IMG/VR virus record: IMGVR_UViG_3300020220_003756
Span: 1-64,000 of that record
DNA length: 64,000 nt
Direction: 5' to 3' (one strand)
DNA from: a virus
This document shows, piece by piece, positions 9,397 through 20,920 of this stretch. Position numbers and translations under genes: made by a program. Below the pieces are notes generated by a model. That model saw only the letters and a list, made by a program, of their open reading frames with translations, had not been told where the DNA came from and did not search any database. Every line of letters starts with the position of its first letter. Positions within the stretch are counted from its first letter, which is position 1.

Positions 9397-9834
9397 TTAT
9401 TTGATTTCGACGATATCGATTACTCGAGGTTTCATTTCTTCTGGAATTTCTCGCTCGATTCTGATCTGTAGAATACCGTTTTTAATAGTTGCGCTGACGA
9501 TTTTCATATGTTCAGCGAGAGTAAACTTACGCTCGAAATCTCTAAGAGCCAACCCTCTATGTAAAAACTCTACTGTAACATCATCGTTCTTATCTCTTTC
9601 GCCAATGATGGTAAGTTCGTTTTGTTCTACAGTGACCTTGATTTCGTCTTTTTCGAAGCCAGTGACAGCCATCTCGATCTCGTAGAGATTTTCCTGTAGT
9701 TTGGCTACATTGTATGGAGGATAATTATTGCTGATCTGGTTGGAGAATCGACGCTCCATGTCATCGAAAATCCTATCAAAGCCAACTAATGCTCTGTTTA
9801 ATGCCTGTGTGTCAAAACGTTGTAATTGTGTCAT
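9397..9834 (-). CDS. small heat shock protein (Hsp20/IbpA family)
   Basis: NYPPYNV, FLHRGLAxRxFxRxFTLAE, NGIL motifs. Confidence 0.95.
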   Translation of the reverse strand: MTQLQRFDTQALNRALVGFDRIFDDMERRFSNQISNNYPPYNVAKLQENLYEIEMAVTGFEKDEIKVTVEQNELTIIGERDKNDDVTVEFLHRGLALRDFERKFTLAEHMKIVSATIKNGILQIRIEREIPEEMKPRVIDIVEIK

Positions 9835-9840
9835 TTTAAA

Positions 9841-9860
9841 ATCTCCTTAAAAAGTAAGAT
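9841..9860 (-). promoter_or_regulatory. ROSE-like RNA thermometer hairpin (hsp20)
   Basis: AUCUU-A-CUU-UUU-AAG-GAGAU pairs over the SD; perfect TATAAATA upstream at 9912-9919. Confidence 0.7.
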
Positions 9861-9944
9861 AAGTTTGGGCCCTATGCCCTTGTGCTGAACCCATATAGGT
9901 GTCCTGCAACATATTTATATTTTACTGTCTCTGTCTGTGCGAGT

Positions 9945-9967
9945 CAATGGGGGACTGGCCCCCATTG
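9945..9967. terminator. GC-rich hairpin after groEL
   Basis: CAATGGGGG-ACTGG-CCCCCATTG. Confidence 0.6.
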
Positions 9968-9972
9968 GATCA

Positions 9973-11896
<1,924 letters not shown>

Positions 11897-11903
11897 TCGT
11901 ATT

Positions 11904-11923
11904 TTCTCCTTATAAAGTAAGAT
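11904..11923 (-). promoter_or_regulatory. ROSE-like RNA thermometer hairpin (groES)
   Basis: ATCTTACTTTATAAGGAGAA. Confidence 0.7.
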
Positions 11924-11952
11924 TAACGAGGGACCCGATGGTGTCCCTATTA

Positions 11953-13845
11953 TTAATTCTTGGTTTCTGTGTATGTAGCATCGACTACATTATCATCCTG
12001 TGATTCCGGATTGGGTTTTTCTGCTTGTTCTTTAGCAGTACGTTTTTCCAAAAGAATCTTCATCGCAGGATAAACTTTTTCTAGTTCAGATTTAATCTTA
12101 TCTGTGTCATCCCCTTTGACTGCTTGTTCAACTGAGGCAACAGCAGATTCGATTTCTGATTTTTCTGAGTCTGTGAGTGTGTCTTTAAATTCCTCTACGT
12201 CACGTTTTACTTCATATACAGTAGATTCTGCTTGATTCCGTGCTTCTATTAATTCTCTGGCTTTTTTGTCTGCATCAGCATTGGCTTCGGCTTCTTTGAT
12301 CATTTTTTCGATTTCTTCTTTGCTAAGACCAGAGTCAGACTTAATCGTGATCTTATTTTCTTTTCCTGTGCCTTTGTCTTTGGCAGAGATGTGCATGATG
12401 CCATTAGCATCGATGTCGAAAGTAACTTCGATCTGTGGCATACCTCTACGTGCCGGTGCGATTCCTTCGAGGTTGAATTCGCCTAGCATTTTGTTATGTT
12501 GAACTAACTCTCTTTCTCCCTGGAATACCTTGATAGTTACAGCAGGTTGATTGTCTTCTGCGGTGGAAAATGTCTGCTGCCCCTTAGTAGGAATAGTGGT
12601 ATTTTTTTGGATGATCTTGGCCATCACACCGCCCAATGTCTCGATACCGAGGCTCAGCGGAGTGACATCTAGCAGAAGAACATCTGTTCGATCACCGCCT
12701 AGCACAGCACCTTGTACTGCGGCACCAACTGCTACCGCTTCGTCGGGGTTAACGTCTTTACGAGGAGCCTTGCCGAACAATTTCTCGACTTCTTCCTGGA
12801 CCTTAGGCATACGGGTCTGACCGCCAACGAGGATGACTTCATCGATGTCTGCAGCCGTAACAGCAGCATCCTTCATAGCGATGCGGCAGGGTTCTAGGCT
12901 GCGTTGGATAAGATCCTCAACTAGGCTTTCTAGTTTAGACCTAGAAATCTTAACTACTAGATGTTTCGGACCAGACGCATCTGCGGTTACATAAGGTAAG
13001 TTAACTTCTGTCTGAGCGCTGTTCGACAGTTCGATCTTGGCTTTTTCTGCAGCATCTTTAAGACGTTGCAATGCTAGGACGTCGTTCTTGAGATCTACAC
13101 CGTTTTCTTTCTTAAACTCATCGACCAAGAAATCCATGATACGTTGATCAAAGTCTTCGCCTCCCAGGAATGTATCACCATTAGTCGACAACACTTCGAT
13201 CTGCTTGTCACCGTCGACATTTGCGATTTCAATGATCGAAACGTCAAATGTACCGCCTCCTAGATCATACACGGCGATTTTTCGATCTTTCTTATCAGTT
13301 TTATCAACACCATAAGCCAGCGCGGCCGCTGTAGGTTCGTTGATGATACGCAGAACTTCTAGACCAGCGATCTGTCCAGCATCTTTGGTTGCCTGTCTTT
13401 GACTGTCATTGAAGTAAGCAGGAACTGTGATAACTGCTTTGGTAACAGTTTCGCCTAGATAATCTTCTGCGGTCTTCTTCATCTTGCGAAGGACTTCAGC
13501 AGAGATTTGGGGCGGTGCTAGTTCTTTGCCCTGTGCTCGAACCCATGCATCTCCGTTTTTAGATTCCATAATTTCGTATGGCATTAAATCGATATCTTTT
13601 TGTACAGCCTGTTCTTTGAACTTGCGACCGATCAACCGTTTGGCTGCATAAATGGTGTTTTTGGGATTAGTTACGGCCTGTCTTTTAGCGCTGGCTCCGA
13701 CCAGGATTTCGTTTTCTGTGTAGGCAACGATGCTAGGTGTAGTGCGAGCACCTTCTGAATTTTCGATTACTTTGGATTTTCCTGCCTCGATGATGGCCAC
13801 GCACGAATTGGTGGTTCCGAGGTCAATACCGATGATCTTAGACAT
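11953..13845 (-). CDS. dnaK: chaperone DnaK (Hsp70)
   Basis: [25 protein letters not shown]. Confidence 0.99.
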   Translation of the reverse strand: MSKIIGIDLGTTNSCVAIIEAGKSKVIENSEGARTTPSIVAYTENEILVGASAKRQAVTNPKNTIYAAKRLIGRKFKEQAVQKDIDLMPYEIMESKNGDAWVRAQGKELAPPQISAEVLRKMKKTAEDYLGETVTKAVITVPAYFNDSQRQATKDAGQIAGLEVLRIINEPTAAALAYGVDKTDKKDRKIAVYDLGGGTFDVSIIEIANVDGDKQIEVLSTNGDTFLGGEDFDQRIMDFLVDEFKKENGVDLKNDVLALQRLKDAAEKAKIELSNSAQTEVNLPYVTADASGPKHLVVKISRSKLESLVEDLIQRSLEPCRIAMKDAAVTAADIDEVILVGGQTRMPKVQEEVEKLFGKAPRKDVNPDEAVAVGAAVQGAVLGGDRTDVLLLDVTPLSLGIETLGGVMAKIIQKNTTIPTKGQQTFSTAEDNQPAVTIKVFQGERELVQHNKMLGEFNLEGIAPARRGMPQIEVTFDIDANGIMHISAKDKGTGKENKITIKSDSGLSKEEIEKMIKEAEANADADKKARELIEARNQAESTVYEVKRDVEEFKDTLTDSEKSEIESAVASVEQAVKGDDTDKIKSELEKVYPAMKILLEKRTAKEQAEKPNPESQDDNVVDATYTETKN

Positions 13846-13849
13846 ACAT

Positions 13850-13869
13850 ATCTCCTTATAAAGTAAGAT
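13850..13869 (-). promoter_or_regulatory. ROSE-like RNA thermometer hairpin (dnaK)
   Basis: ATCTTACTTTATAAGGAGAT. Confidence 0.7.
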
Positions 13870-13950
13870 CTATTTTTTAGGCTCTATGCCCTGAAAATTG
13901 CCCTAATAGTGGTACAATTTACGATTTTATTTATCTCTGAGATTATACAG

Positions 13951-14052
13951 CTAGATAAAAATATTTACGATACCTACGATGTAGATCACAGTGATCACAG
14001 CCTGGACGATGAATAGGCTATGTTTCCGCCAAATTACAGCCTGCATGACCCA
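13951..14052 (-). pseudogene. 3' fragment paralogous to the 14270..14512 membrane protein
   Basis: WVMQAVIWRKHSLFIVQAVITVIY vs WAIQAIMWRKWSLLTVQTVITVIY; homology starts exactly at the 27-bp repeat. Confidence 0.7.
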
Positions 14053-14254
14053 GCTGACGATCTCTGTCAGCGTATTCTCGATCTCGGTTGGCTCTCCACC
14101 ATTCAAGATACAGATTCCAATCGCCGCCAAACTTTTCACGCTTGACAATTTCTGTGATTTCGATGCAGGGCATGATTTCGGTATTGGGCAGCAGGGCTCT
14201 TGATGCTGCCCAATCACAATGCCAAAAAATTACTAGAACAGCAGCCAAATTCAT
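14018..14254 (-). CDS. hypothetical protein, C-terminus probably altered at the repeat junction
   Basis: 78 aa; EYADRDRQL is encoded by the 27-bp repeat. Confidence 0.5.
   Translation of the reverse strand: MNLAAVLVIFWHCDWAASRALLPNTEIMPCIEITEIVKREKFGGDWNLYLEWWRANRDREYADRDRQLGHAGCNLAET
14052..14078. repeat. 27-bp direct repeat, copy 1
   Basis: AGCTGACGATCTCTGTCAGCGTATTCT, identical to 17579-17605; contains GCTGAC-N7-GTCAGC. Confidence 0.95.
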
Positions 14255-14269
14255 GACTGTTAATATCCT

Positions 14270-14512
14270 TCATGTTAATATACTCTTGATCAAGGGCGGC
14301 AAATAGATCACTGTGATCACTGTCTGTACAGTGAGAAGACTCCACTTGCGCCACATGATGGCCTGTATGGCCCAACCTAGATTGGAAACAAACAGGAACC
14401 ATATATTTAGTGGATAGATATTCATAGAAGTCAAAACCGCACCTACTATTAGGATTGCGGTTATTGACCACTCAAACCAGAATTGCCAGGGTTTTCTAAT
14501 CCATTCGATCAC
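14270..14512 (-). CDS. small three-TM membrane protein
   Basis: 80 aa, hydrophobic, ATGA-coupled to the VUT gene. Confidence 0.75.
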   Translation of the reverse strand: MIEWIRKPWQFWFEWSITAILIVGAVLTSMNIYPLNIWFLFVSNLGWAIQAIMWRKWSLLTVQTVITVIYLPPLIKSILT

Positions 14513-15210
14513 TTCATGGCCCTAGCTTCTTCACGCCATGGTGCAAGACTGACCAAAGGTGTCAGTGCCAAGATCACTCCTAGTTTGAACAGGGTGCTGC
14601 CGCTCACGATCCTAGCGATGGCCTTGTTGAGATCCATGGCATCACCACCCAACAGCGGAGGAATAAACACAAAGGCAAACAGTACAAATAAAACAGCATC
14701 CACTGGCAAGCTGACTAGGTTGCTGACAAATGTTCTTGCCCACGAACCCCAGTCACGTTCCCACAGCACTTGATACACCCAGGTGTTGACCCACTGGCTG
14801 ACCACAGTGGCGATTTCTGAACCGATCACTATGCCCAGGCTCATCTTCCACACAGCATCAAAGTTCACACTGGGTCTAAATGCCGGAGCAGGAATAAAGG
14901 TCATGGCATACATGAATGCTGCCACAGCAAGATTCAAGACCACACCTATTAGAATCACTCGTTGCACCACAGCAGCACCGGCCAGTTTGTGCAACATGTC
15001 TCTGACCACAAACACCACAGCAAATAGCATGGCGCCGGCAGGTGTCACTACCCAACCAAAATCCAGGAACTTGGCAGCAGCAAAGTCTGCCACGGTCATG
15101 GCCATGATTAGAGTGGCACTCAAACCAATGATCCAGTACAGTGTTCGGTTGTCCAGTTCGATCAAAGGTCGATCAAAGAACTTATCGTTCAAGTTAGTTA
15201 CTACACTCAT
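14509..15210 (-). CDS. VUT/YhhQ-family (queuosine precursor) transporter
   Basis: multi-TM; AAKF..FG..VTPAG...RD, VSQWVN, SNLVS..VD..LF pattern. Confidence 0.8.
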   Translation of the reverse strand: MSVVTNLNDKFFDRPLIELDNRTLYWIIGLSATLIMAMTVADFAAAKFLDFGWVVTPAGAMLFAVVFVVRDMLHKLAGAAVVQRVILIGVVLNLAVAAFMYAMTFIPAPAFRPSVNFDAVWKMSLGIVIGSEIATVVSQWVNTWVYQVLWERDWGSWARTFVSNLVSLPVDAVLFVLFAFVFIPPLLGGDAMDLNKAIARIVSGSTLFKLGVILALTPLVSLAPWREEARAMK

Positions 15211-15231
15211 TTCAGTCTCCTCTTTAAAAAA

Positions 15232-15885
15232 TTAAAATTTTGCATGATCACTCTGTCTTTCTTGGTAGTGATCACAGATGTCTGTGAACATGCATTGATC
15301 GCATTTGGGTGATCTGGCACGGCAGATATACTTGCCGTGATCTATCAACCATTCATGAGCACCCCAGCGATACTGATCAGGGGTATCCTGCTCTAATGTT
15401 TCTGCGGTCTTGTGTTCTGCTTTTGTATTTGCTATGCCCAGTCTGTTGCTGATACGATGCACATGGGTGTCCACGGCGATAGCAGGTTCATTGAACACAA
15501 AACGCATCATGATGTCTGTGCTTTTGCGACCCACGCCTGCCAACTGCATCAACTGCTTTCTATCATTGGGCACTGTGCCGGCATGACGATCCAACAGTTG
15601 CTGACTCATCAACTTCAGATTCTTGGCCTTGTTGTTGTACATACCAGCAGGCCGTATTAATTGTTTTAATTTGTCTATGTCCAGGGATAGGATTTCTTCC
15701 GGAGTTTCAGCATGAGCGAATAAGTTAGCGCAGGCTTCAGCGGTGCGTTCATCTTTAGTCTGGGCACTCAGTGTCACACCCACCAGACTCTTGAACGCAT
15801 TGTTGTAGATTTTTTCCCGCGGCGGATTATTTGGCACAGGATTTTGTGCGTGAAATCGTTCGTAGACTGTGACTATTTTAGACAT
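15232..15885 (-). CDS. nth: endonuclease III (HhH-GPD glycosylase, 4Fe-4S)
   Basis: LSAQT, LAGVGRKS, VDTHVHR, C-x6-C-x2-C-x5-C. Confidence 0.95.
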   Translation of the reverse strand: MSKIVTVYERFHAQNPVPNNPPREKIYNNAFKSLVGVTLSAQTKDERTAEACANLFAHAETPEEILSLDIDKLKQLIRPAGMYNNKAKNLKLMSQQLLDRHAGTVPNDRKQLMQLAGVGRKSTDIMMRFVFNEPAIAVDTHVHRISNRLGIANTKAEHKTAETLEQDTPDQYRWGAHEWLIDHGKYICRARSPKCDQCMFTDICDHYQERQSDHAKF

Positions 15886-16351
15886 TGGCCGCTTGTAGTT
15901 TCTTTTTATTGGCTACTGCCCAGTTGCCTCTCAGTGCAAAATAAAGTCCACCAATCCATAGGCTGAAGTGCAAGTAGTCAGAGAGAATAAAAGCCCATAG
16001 ACTTTCAGGCTTGAGCACTACCCAGATCACTCCGGTCATCACGCAACACATGACCAGGCCGCAGAATCTAGTGAGTGCATCTCCCAGTTCGGCAACATAG
16101 GGCAAGTCCCGAATCTTAGCCACAGTGGCTAATCCTCCCGCCAGTAGACCAACACCGGCTAGTATTTCACCAAAGACCACGAACCACCATACCAAGGCCG
16201 GCAGACCAAATGCTGCTCCACCCGCAGGATCAAATGGCATCTTGGCCAAGCCCTGTGTGATAAACACCACGGCCAAAGGTATTCGCAACAGCAGGTTGCT
16301 CCAGTCAAAGTCTGGCAATGTGTGCCAATAATTTTTTAGAACCAGTTTCAT
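15878..16351 (-). CDS. DoxX-family membrane protein
   Basis: LLRIPLAVVFITQGLAK...GE; start revised to MKLVL (AAGGA SD). Confidence 0.8.
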   Translation of the reverse strand: MKLVLKNYWHTLPDFDWSNLLLRIPLAVVFITQGLAKMPFDPAGGAAFGLPALVWWFVVFGEILAGVGLLAGGLATVAKIRDLPYVAELGDALTRFCGLVMCCVMTGVIWVVLKPESLWAFILSDYLHFSLWIGGLYFALRGNWAVANKKKLQAANV

Positions 16352-16364
16352 AATATGTTTCCTT

Positions 16365-16889
16365 TCAAATGCGACGGCAAATAGAGACCGCACCGCGCGA
16401 TCCCAGGTCAATCAACTTTACCCATAATTTCAATGCAGGGTTGATGGATCTAACACGCGACCCAGCATCATGCTTGTGATGCACTTCGTCGGCCTGGCAT
16501 TTTTTAAGTACGACTACCAGATCGTTGTGTTCGGGATAGGAAGATAACTGATCAATCTGTTGTTGATAATGATGGTCCACAAAAGTTTCCACAGCTTGTA
16601 TGGTAGCATACACTGTATTGCGTCCAAATAGAGCTGGCACAGCACCAGTGAGCCAACCTGCTATTCGCCAAGGAATCTGCAGACGACTTTGCTGTGACAC
16701 ATGTACCAGGGACTCCATCATTCTTAAATGCTGTCGTTCCACAGCTCCATGTGCATCAGCAAACTCCAACAATTCGGGGTCTTCCCGCCACAGGGCCACT
16801 GCTTTTATACCCCGATAGATTTCTACCGCTCCAACTTCACCTGCATGATCAGAGCGTAATTCCTGATTGATGTAGTTACTGATTGACAC
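16365..16889 (-). CDS. coq7: demethoxyubiquinone hydroxylase (Coq7/Clk-1 di-iron family)
   Basis: LRSDHAGExGA..IY, ExxH, VETFVDHHY, DExHH. Confidence 0.9.
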   Translation of the reverse strand: MSISNYINQELRSDHAGEVGAVEIYRGIKAVALWREDPELLEFADAHGAVERQHLRMMESLVHVSQQSRLQIPWRIAGWLTGAVPALFGRNTVYATIQAVETFVDHHYQQQIDQLSSYPEHNDLVVVLKKCQADEVHHKHDAGSRVRSINPALKLWVKLIDLGSRGAVSICRRI

Positions 16890-16890
16890 T

Positions 16891-17187
16891 TTACTTCAGT
16901 GTAGCAGTATAGGCCGCGATGTTTTTAATATCGGCTGGAGATAGTTGTGCAGCAAAGCCCCACATCAACTGACTCTGTGCGCCAATCTGTTGCTTGTTTT
17001 TGTAGGCAGTGAGTTTCCTCTCAATGTCTGCCGCTGGCTGGCCGGCCAACTTGGGACCTGCACCACCTTGACCTTGTGCGCCGTGACAGGCCACACAGGT
17101 AGCGTACTTGACTTTGCCTTGGGCCGCATCTTGTGCCATGGCTGGTACGCTTAACGCGACCAAACTTGCAAAAATAAATGATTTCAT
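16891..17187 (-). CDS. periplasmic monoheme cytochrome c (c553/c4-like)
   Basis: signal peptide, CVACH, PKLAGQ, distal Met. Confidence 0.93.
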   Translation of the reverse strand: MKSFIFASLVALSVPAMAQDAAQGKVKYATCVACHGAQGQGGAGPKLAGQPAADIERKLTAYKNKQQIGAQSQLMWGFAAQLSPADIKNIAAYTATLK

Positions 17188-17197
17188 TTTGTTTCCT

Positions 17198-17371
17198 TTA
17201 AACAATTAAATTTACTAACATTAATAATGATAACACAAACACTAGAGTTATTACAAGCCCCGCAACAACCAATACCACAGGATTAAGTTGTTCAGCGTCC
17301 TGTTCATATTCGGATCTTTTTCTGATGCCCAGAAAAGACCACATCACTGCCCGAATTGTTCTTAACCACAT
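17198..17371 (-). CDS. DUF2970-like small membrane protein (not in ORF track)
   Basis: MWLRTIRAVMWSFLGIRKRSEYEQDAEQLNPVVLVVAG... Confidence 0.75.
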   Translation of the reverse strand: MWLRTIRAVMWSFLGIRKRSEYEQDAEQLNPVVLVVAGLVITLVFVLSLLMLVNLIV

Positions 17372-17378
17372 ATTGGAA

Positions 17379-17555
17379 TCACTGCTCGCCCCAACTGACT
17401 CTCAACCAAACACGTTCATGCACATAAAAGATTATGGTATGTATGATGGCCAGAGCTATGGCCCCTTGCCAGCCTGCAAAAGGTATGGTTATTAACATGG
17501 CGATCAGTCTCCAACTGACTGCTCTAGCCCAGGTGCGTGTTTTGGTTTCTGTCAT
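17379..17555 (-). CDS. DUF2061-like small membrane protein (not in ORF track)
   Basis: MTETKTRTWARAVSWR...FYVHERVWLRVSWG. Confidence 0.8.
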   Translation of the reverse strand: MTETKTRTWARAVSWRLIAMLITIPFAGWQGAIALAIIHTIIFYVHERVWLRVSWGEQ

Positions 17556-17578
17556 TTGCTTTTGTTTTCAAACTGTGT

Positions 17579-17605
17579 AGCTGACGATCTCTGTCAGCGT
17601 ATTCT
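17579..17605. repeat. 27-bp direct repeat, copy 2
   Basis: identical to 14052-14078; TAAATA immediately upstream (17615-17620). Confidence 0.95.
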
Positions 17606-17617
17606 GGATCACAGTAT

Positions 17618-17980
17618 TTAGATACTCGCTGCCTTCTCGGCTCGTTCTTCATCACTCATCTCAGAATCTCTCTGGGCACGATCCGATTGTCGCAGTTGAT
17701 CATATTTTGGTCGATCGGGATACTGTTTCTGCACAGTCTTGATCACCAACCAAGTTATGAACGCCATGCTGACGATGGCCATGTGTCCAAACACATTGTA
17801 TCCCAGATACCACATCTCGCCCGCATATAATGAAAACGCCAGGGCCCAAAAACAGGCCAGCATGATGCTGGCGATGTATTTGATCTGCATGGGAGCATTT
17901 CTCATACCATTGAAGTTGGGATCCAGCAATTGATAGAAAGTCCTAAACAGTAATCGCAAAAATTTGTATAGTCCGTACAT
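17618..17980 (-). CDS. two-TM membrane protein, copy A
   Basis: near-identical to 45794..46156. Confidence 0.85.
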   Translation of the reverse strand: MYGLYKFLRLLFRTFYQLLDPNFNGMRNAPMQIKYIASIMLACFWALAFSLYAGEMWYLGYNVFGHMAIVSMAFITWLVIKTVQKQYPDRPKYDQLRQSDRAQRDSEMSDEERAEKAASI

Positions 17981-17990
17981 GATTATCCTC

Positions 17991-18125
17991 TCATTGACAC
18001 ACAGAATCGTAATACTTGCAGAAGAAAAAATGCCATGCGAGATGTTGGTCCCTCACAGACCATAGGCCTGCTGTGATCAGGGCAACGATGCCACATATTG
18101 CGGCGAATATTATGTAAACCTTCAT
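17991..18125 (-). CDS. 44 aa membrane peptide, copy A (not in ORF track)
   Basis: MKVYIIFAAICGIVALITAGLWSVRDQHLAWHFFFCKYYDSVCQ; conserved paralog at 46167..46301; GAGGAG SD. Confidence 0.8.
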   Translation of the reverse strand: MKVYIIFAAICGIVALITAGLWSVRDQHLAWHFFFCKYYDSVCQ

Positions 18126-19180
18126 TTTATCTCCTCTAGAGTGAACTTCTCCTTCAATATCTGACAGGCACGATTCAATGCGTGAACACGATCACTTCTG
18201 CTTTCCTTCGTGATGATTACATCAGCCGCGCAATGACAAATGTTTTTATTACAAATTATCTTTTCTTTAGGCCAGTCAAATCCTGTAACTATATTTCCTA
18301 GATGACCGCCAACTTCACAATTTGCACGTTGCACTCTTCCGTCATGTAAAACAAATAAACTTTCTAATCCTATAGAGCATTCCCATCCGAAAAAATTATT
18401 TGATTTAGTTTTTTCTAGATCCGATTGTATGTTTAAAGAAAAAAATTCTTGAGATCCATCATCATATAACACATTTGATTTTGTTTTGTTCATTCGATGA
18501 TTAGTTAATTTTTTTAGTTTCGGATCTCCGAAGACTATAGGCGTGTTTTTTAAAAAATCTAATTGTTCGTCAGTGTAAGATGCATCAAAATAATTAATTC
18601 CCGTACCAAAGTCAGGTAATATTCTTACCACTTCGATAGTAAAAGGTTCAGATGCTAACAAAGCCTTTTCATACATTCTAACGCATCTATCCCAATTTCT
18701 GGGATGCATCATTATTCTTAATGTAACATAGGATTTGTGAGATAATTTTGATAACTTATCAATAAATTCGTCCTCTTCCTCTTCTGATATTACAAATTCT
18801 GAATGATAGCTTACGCTTATAGAACAAAATTTATAAGCTATATCTTTCCAATAATCCCAAGAACGTACAAGATTTGTAGTCACATGCACAGTTCCGCCTT
18901 TATCATAAATGGTGTCAACTAAATCTTTAAAAAAAGGACTTACTGTAGGTTCTCCGCCTGAAAGACTGCAGTGGACATAAGAGAATTTTTCAAAGCACCG
19001 ATCTAAAAAAGGCTTTACATGTTTCCAATCGTAGTGATGATTTTTGCCGCCATGCACAATTTCAGGACAATAACTACAATGATAGGTACAAATATTATTT
19101 AAAAGCCAGGTAAGAAAAAGTCCAGGAGAAGTTTTTTCTATCTTTATTATTTTTTTACCGTTATAGATTATTGGATTCAT
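18122..19180 (-). CDS. radical SAM protein with SPASM/twitch-like C-terminus
   Basis: CTYHCSYC, GGEP, C-terminal Cys cluster; visibly AT-rich. Confidence 0.9.
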   Translation of the reverse strand: MNPIIYNGKKIIKIEKTSPGLFLTWLLNNICTYHCSYCPEIVHGGKNHHYDWKHVKPFLDRCFEKFSYVHCSLSGGEPTVSPFFKDLVDTIYDKGGTVHVTTNLVRSWDYWKDIAYKFCSISVSYHSEFVISEEEEDEFIDKLSKLSHKSYVTLRIMMHPRNWDRCVRMYEKALLASEPFTIEVVRILPDFGTGINYFDASYTDEQLDFLKNTPIVFGDPKLKKLTNHRMNKTKSNVLYDDGSQEFFSLNIQSDLEKTKSNNFFGWECSIGLESLFVLHDGRVQRANCEVGGHLGNIVTGFDWPKEKIICNKNICHCAADVIITKESRSDRVHALNRACQILKEKFTLEEIK

Positions 19181-19197
19181 AATTTAACCTAATATAA

Positions 19198-19222
19198 TCT
19201 AGTTCTTGAATTCGTTCGTTCA
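19198..19222 (-). repeat. 25-bp orphan copy of an MNERIQEL gene start
   Basis: TCTAGTTCTTGAATTCGTTCGTTCA identical to 45536-45560. Confidence 0.85.
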
Positions 19223-19272
19223 CGGTTGTTTTCCTTTCTTTTATTTTAAAAATACATCGTTGATTGCTTAAT

Positions 19273-19860
19273 TTATCTCTGTTTTGCCAGTGGTGTGAAC
19301 AATTTTCCATCCATGCTGCTTGCAGATCTCAATTTCTTAAACACATTTTGTACACCCACTGCCTGATTCCAAGCATCTTCTAGCGCATGATGTTTCAGCA
19401 CAGGTGGCCGCTGCGGATCTATACCGAGATCGAACAATGTGCGTGTATCCCTGACTTCCCAAAAACTCCAAGGGATGGCTTTCCCGATCTTGCGGAAAAG
19501 GTGTTCGCAGATTATGACATCAAATCCTGCCCCATGGCTCCAAACCCGTTTCGCTCCCCAGCAGAATTTGTATAGTTGATTCATAGCATCAACGATATTG
19601 ATTCTGCCTTCAGGATCGAATGCTTCTTCCTGTGCTGCCTTACTTTGATTTGCCCACCAGTCTAGGGTAGATTGGCTTACGGTGCAACCTATGCGATCAC
19701 AACTATCTAAGTCTACTTTAACATAAAACTTTTCACAAGATGGTTCAGATATATCGTCACCGAATGGATCAAATTTGACTGCGCCAATCGTTAAAATAGT
19801 TGCTGTGGGGAGAACATCTAAGGTCTCCATGTCGATCATGATATCAGTAAGTGCGGTCAT
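19273..19860 (-). CDS. DEDDh 3'-5' exonuclease (Rv2179c-like)
   Basis: MIDMET, FD, RDTRT, HHALEDA. Confidence 0.9.
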   Translation of the reverse strand: MTALTDIMIDMETLDVLPTATILTIGAVKFDPFGDDISEPSCEKFYVKVDLDSCDRIGCTVSQSTLDWWANQSKAAQEEAFDPEGRINIVDAMNQLYKFCWGAKRVWSHGAGFDVIICEHLFRKIGKAIPWSFWEVRDTRTLFDLGIDPQRPPVLKHHALEDAWNQAVGVQNVFKKLRSASSMDGKLFTPLAKQR

Positions 19861-19866
19861 GCTGCT

Positions 19867-19895
19867 ATTATACTTTCTATTATCGTTTAAGTCAA
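19867..19895 (-). promoter_or_regulatory. sigma70 promoter, leaderless
   Basis: TTGACT-17-TATAAT-6-ATG. Confidence 0.8.
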
Positions 19896-20920
19896 ATATT
19901 ATTTTTTACAAATACATCATTGATTTGTCGATTGACCCGGATAAATGTAGTGCATTTCGATAGCTGTTTTAGGGTCGGGGCGCCTACATAAGTACAGGCA
20001 CTGCGGAGTCCCCCCAGCAGATCTAGCACTGTGTTTTTTACTAGACCTTTGTATTTTACTTCTACTGTGCGTCCTTCTGAACTTCTATATTCAGCAACGC
20101 CGCCGCTATGCTTATTCATTGCTGTGTCCGAACTCATGCCGTAAAAGGTAACTAGGCCGTCCTTGACTTCGCCACCGCCTTCGTCGTGGCCGGCTAACAT
20201 CCCACCCAGCATGACGAAGTCTGCGCCTGCGCCAAATGCCTTAGCCACATCGCCTGGGCAAGTGCAGCCACCATCAGCAACGATATGGGCGCCGAGCCCA
20301 TGGGCCGCATCACTGCACTCAATGATCGCAGAAAGTTGCGGGTAGCCAACTCCAGTCTGTATCCTAGTCGTGCATACCGATCCCGGTCCGATTCCAACTT
20401 TGACGATGTCGGCTCCCCGTAAAATAAGTTCTTGGGTCATATCAGCAGTGACCACATTACCGGCGATGATGGTTTTGTCTGGCCAGGCGTCACGGACGTC
20501 TGCGACATAATCACCGAATGTTTCGCTGTAGCCGTTGGCTACGTCGATGCAGACGAAACGGATCTCTGGATAGGCATTGATTATTCGGCTCAGTCTTTGG
20601 AAATCTCGTTCGCCAGTGCCGGTGCTGACAGCGAAACAATTGCCGCTGTACTCAGTGGCTAAGTCAAACAGGTCCTCTTCGTCGTAAGACTTTACCAAAC
20701 AGGTAAACATACTATGCCCGGAAAGAGTCTTAGCCATTTCGATCGTACCTACTCCATCCATGTTGGCAGCCATTATGGGAACGCCCGTCCATTCTTGACT
20801 GCTGTGACGGAATTTATAAGTTCTGGAAAGTTCTACTTCTTTTCGGCTGCTTAAAGTAGAACGTTTGGGACGGATCAACACATCACGAAAGTCTAATTTG
20901 ACTTCGTCTTCGATACGCAT
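19892..20920 (-). CDS. guaC: GMP reductase
   Basis: [41 protein letters not shown]. Confidence 0.97.
   Translation of the reverse strand: MRIEDEVKLDFRDVLIRPKRSTLSSRKEVELSRTYKFRHSSQEWTGVPIMAANMDGVGTIEMAKTLSGHSMFTCLVKSYDEEDLFDLATEYSGNCFAVSTGTGERDFQRLSRIINAYPEIRFVCIDVANGYSETFGDYVADVRDAWPDKTIIAGNVVTADMTQELILRGADIVKVGIGPGSVCTTRIQTGVGYPQLSAIIECSDAAHGLGAHIVADGGCTCPGDVAKAFGAGADFVMLGGMLAGHDEGGGEVKDGLVTFYGMSSDTAMNKHSGGVAEYRSSEGRTVEVKYKGLVKNTVLDLLGGLRSACTYVGAPTLKQLSKCTTFIRVNRQINDVFVKNNI

Larger units (their letters stand above)
14052..17605 (-). mobile_element. putative ~3.55-kb acquired gene cassette bounded by 27-bp direct repeats
   Basis: perfect terminal direct repeats and a disrupted gene at the left junction; no integrase inside. 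Confidence 0.55.
17618..18150. repeat. ~530-bp dispersed duplication, copy A
   Basis: colinear with 45794-46326 (offset 28176, no indels seen). Confidence 0.92.

Noticed and set aside
13951-14217. 88-aa ORF as an intact gene
   Set aside because: Chimeric: only the part after the 27-bp repeat resembles a real protein; the rest is an alternative frame of 14018..14254
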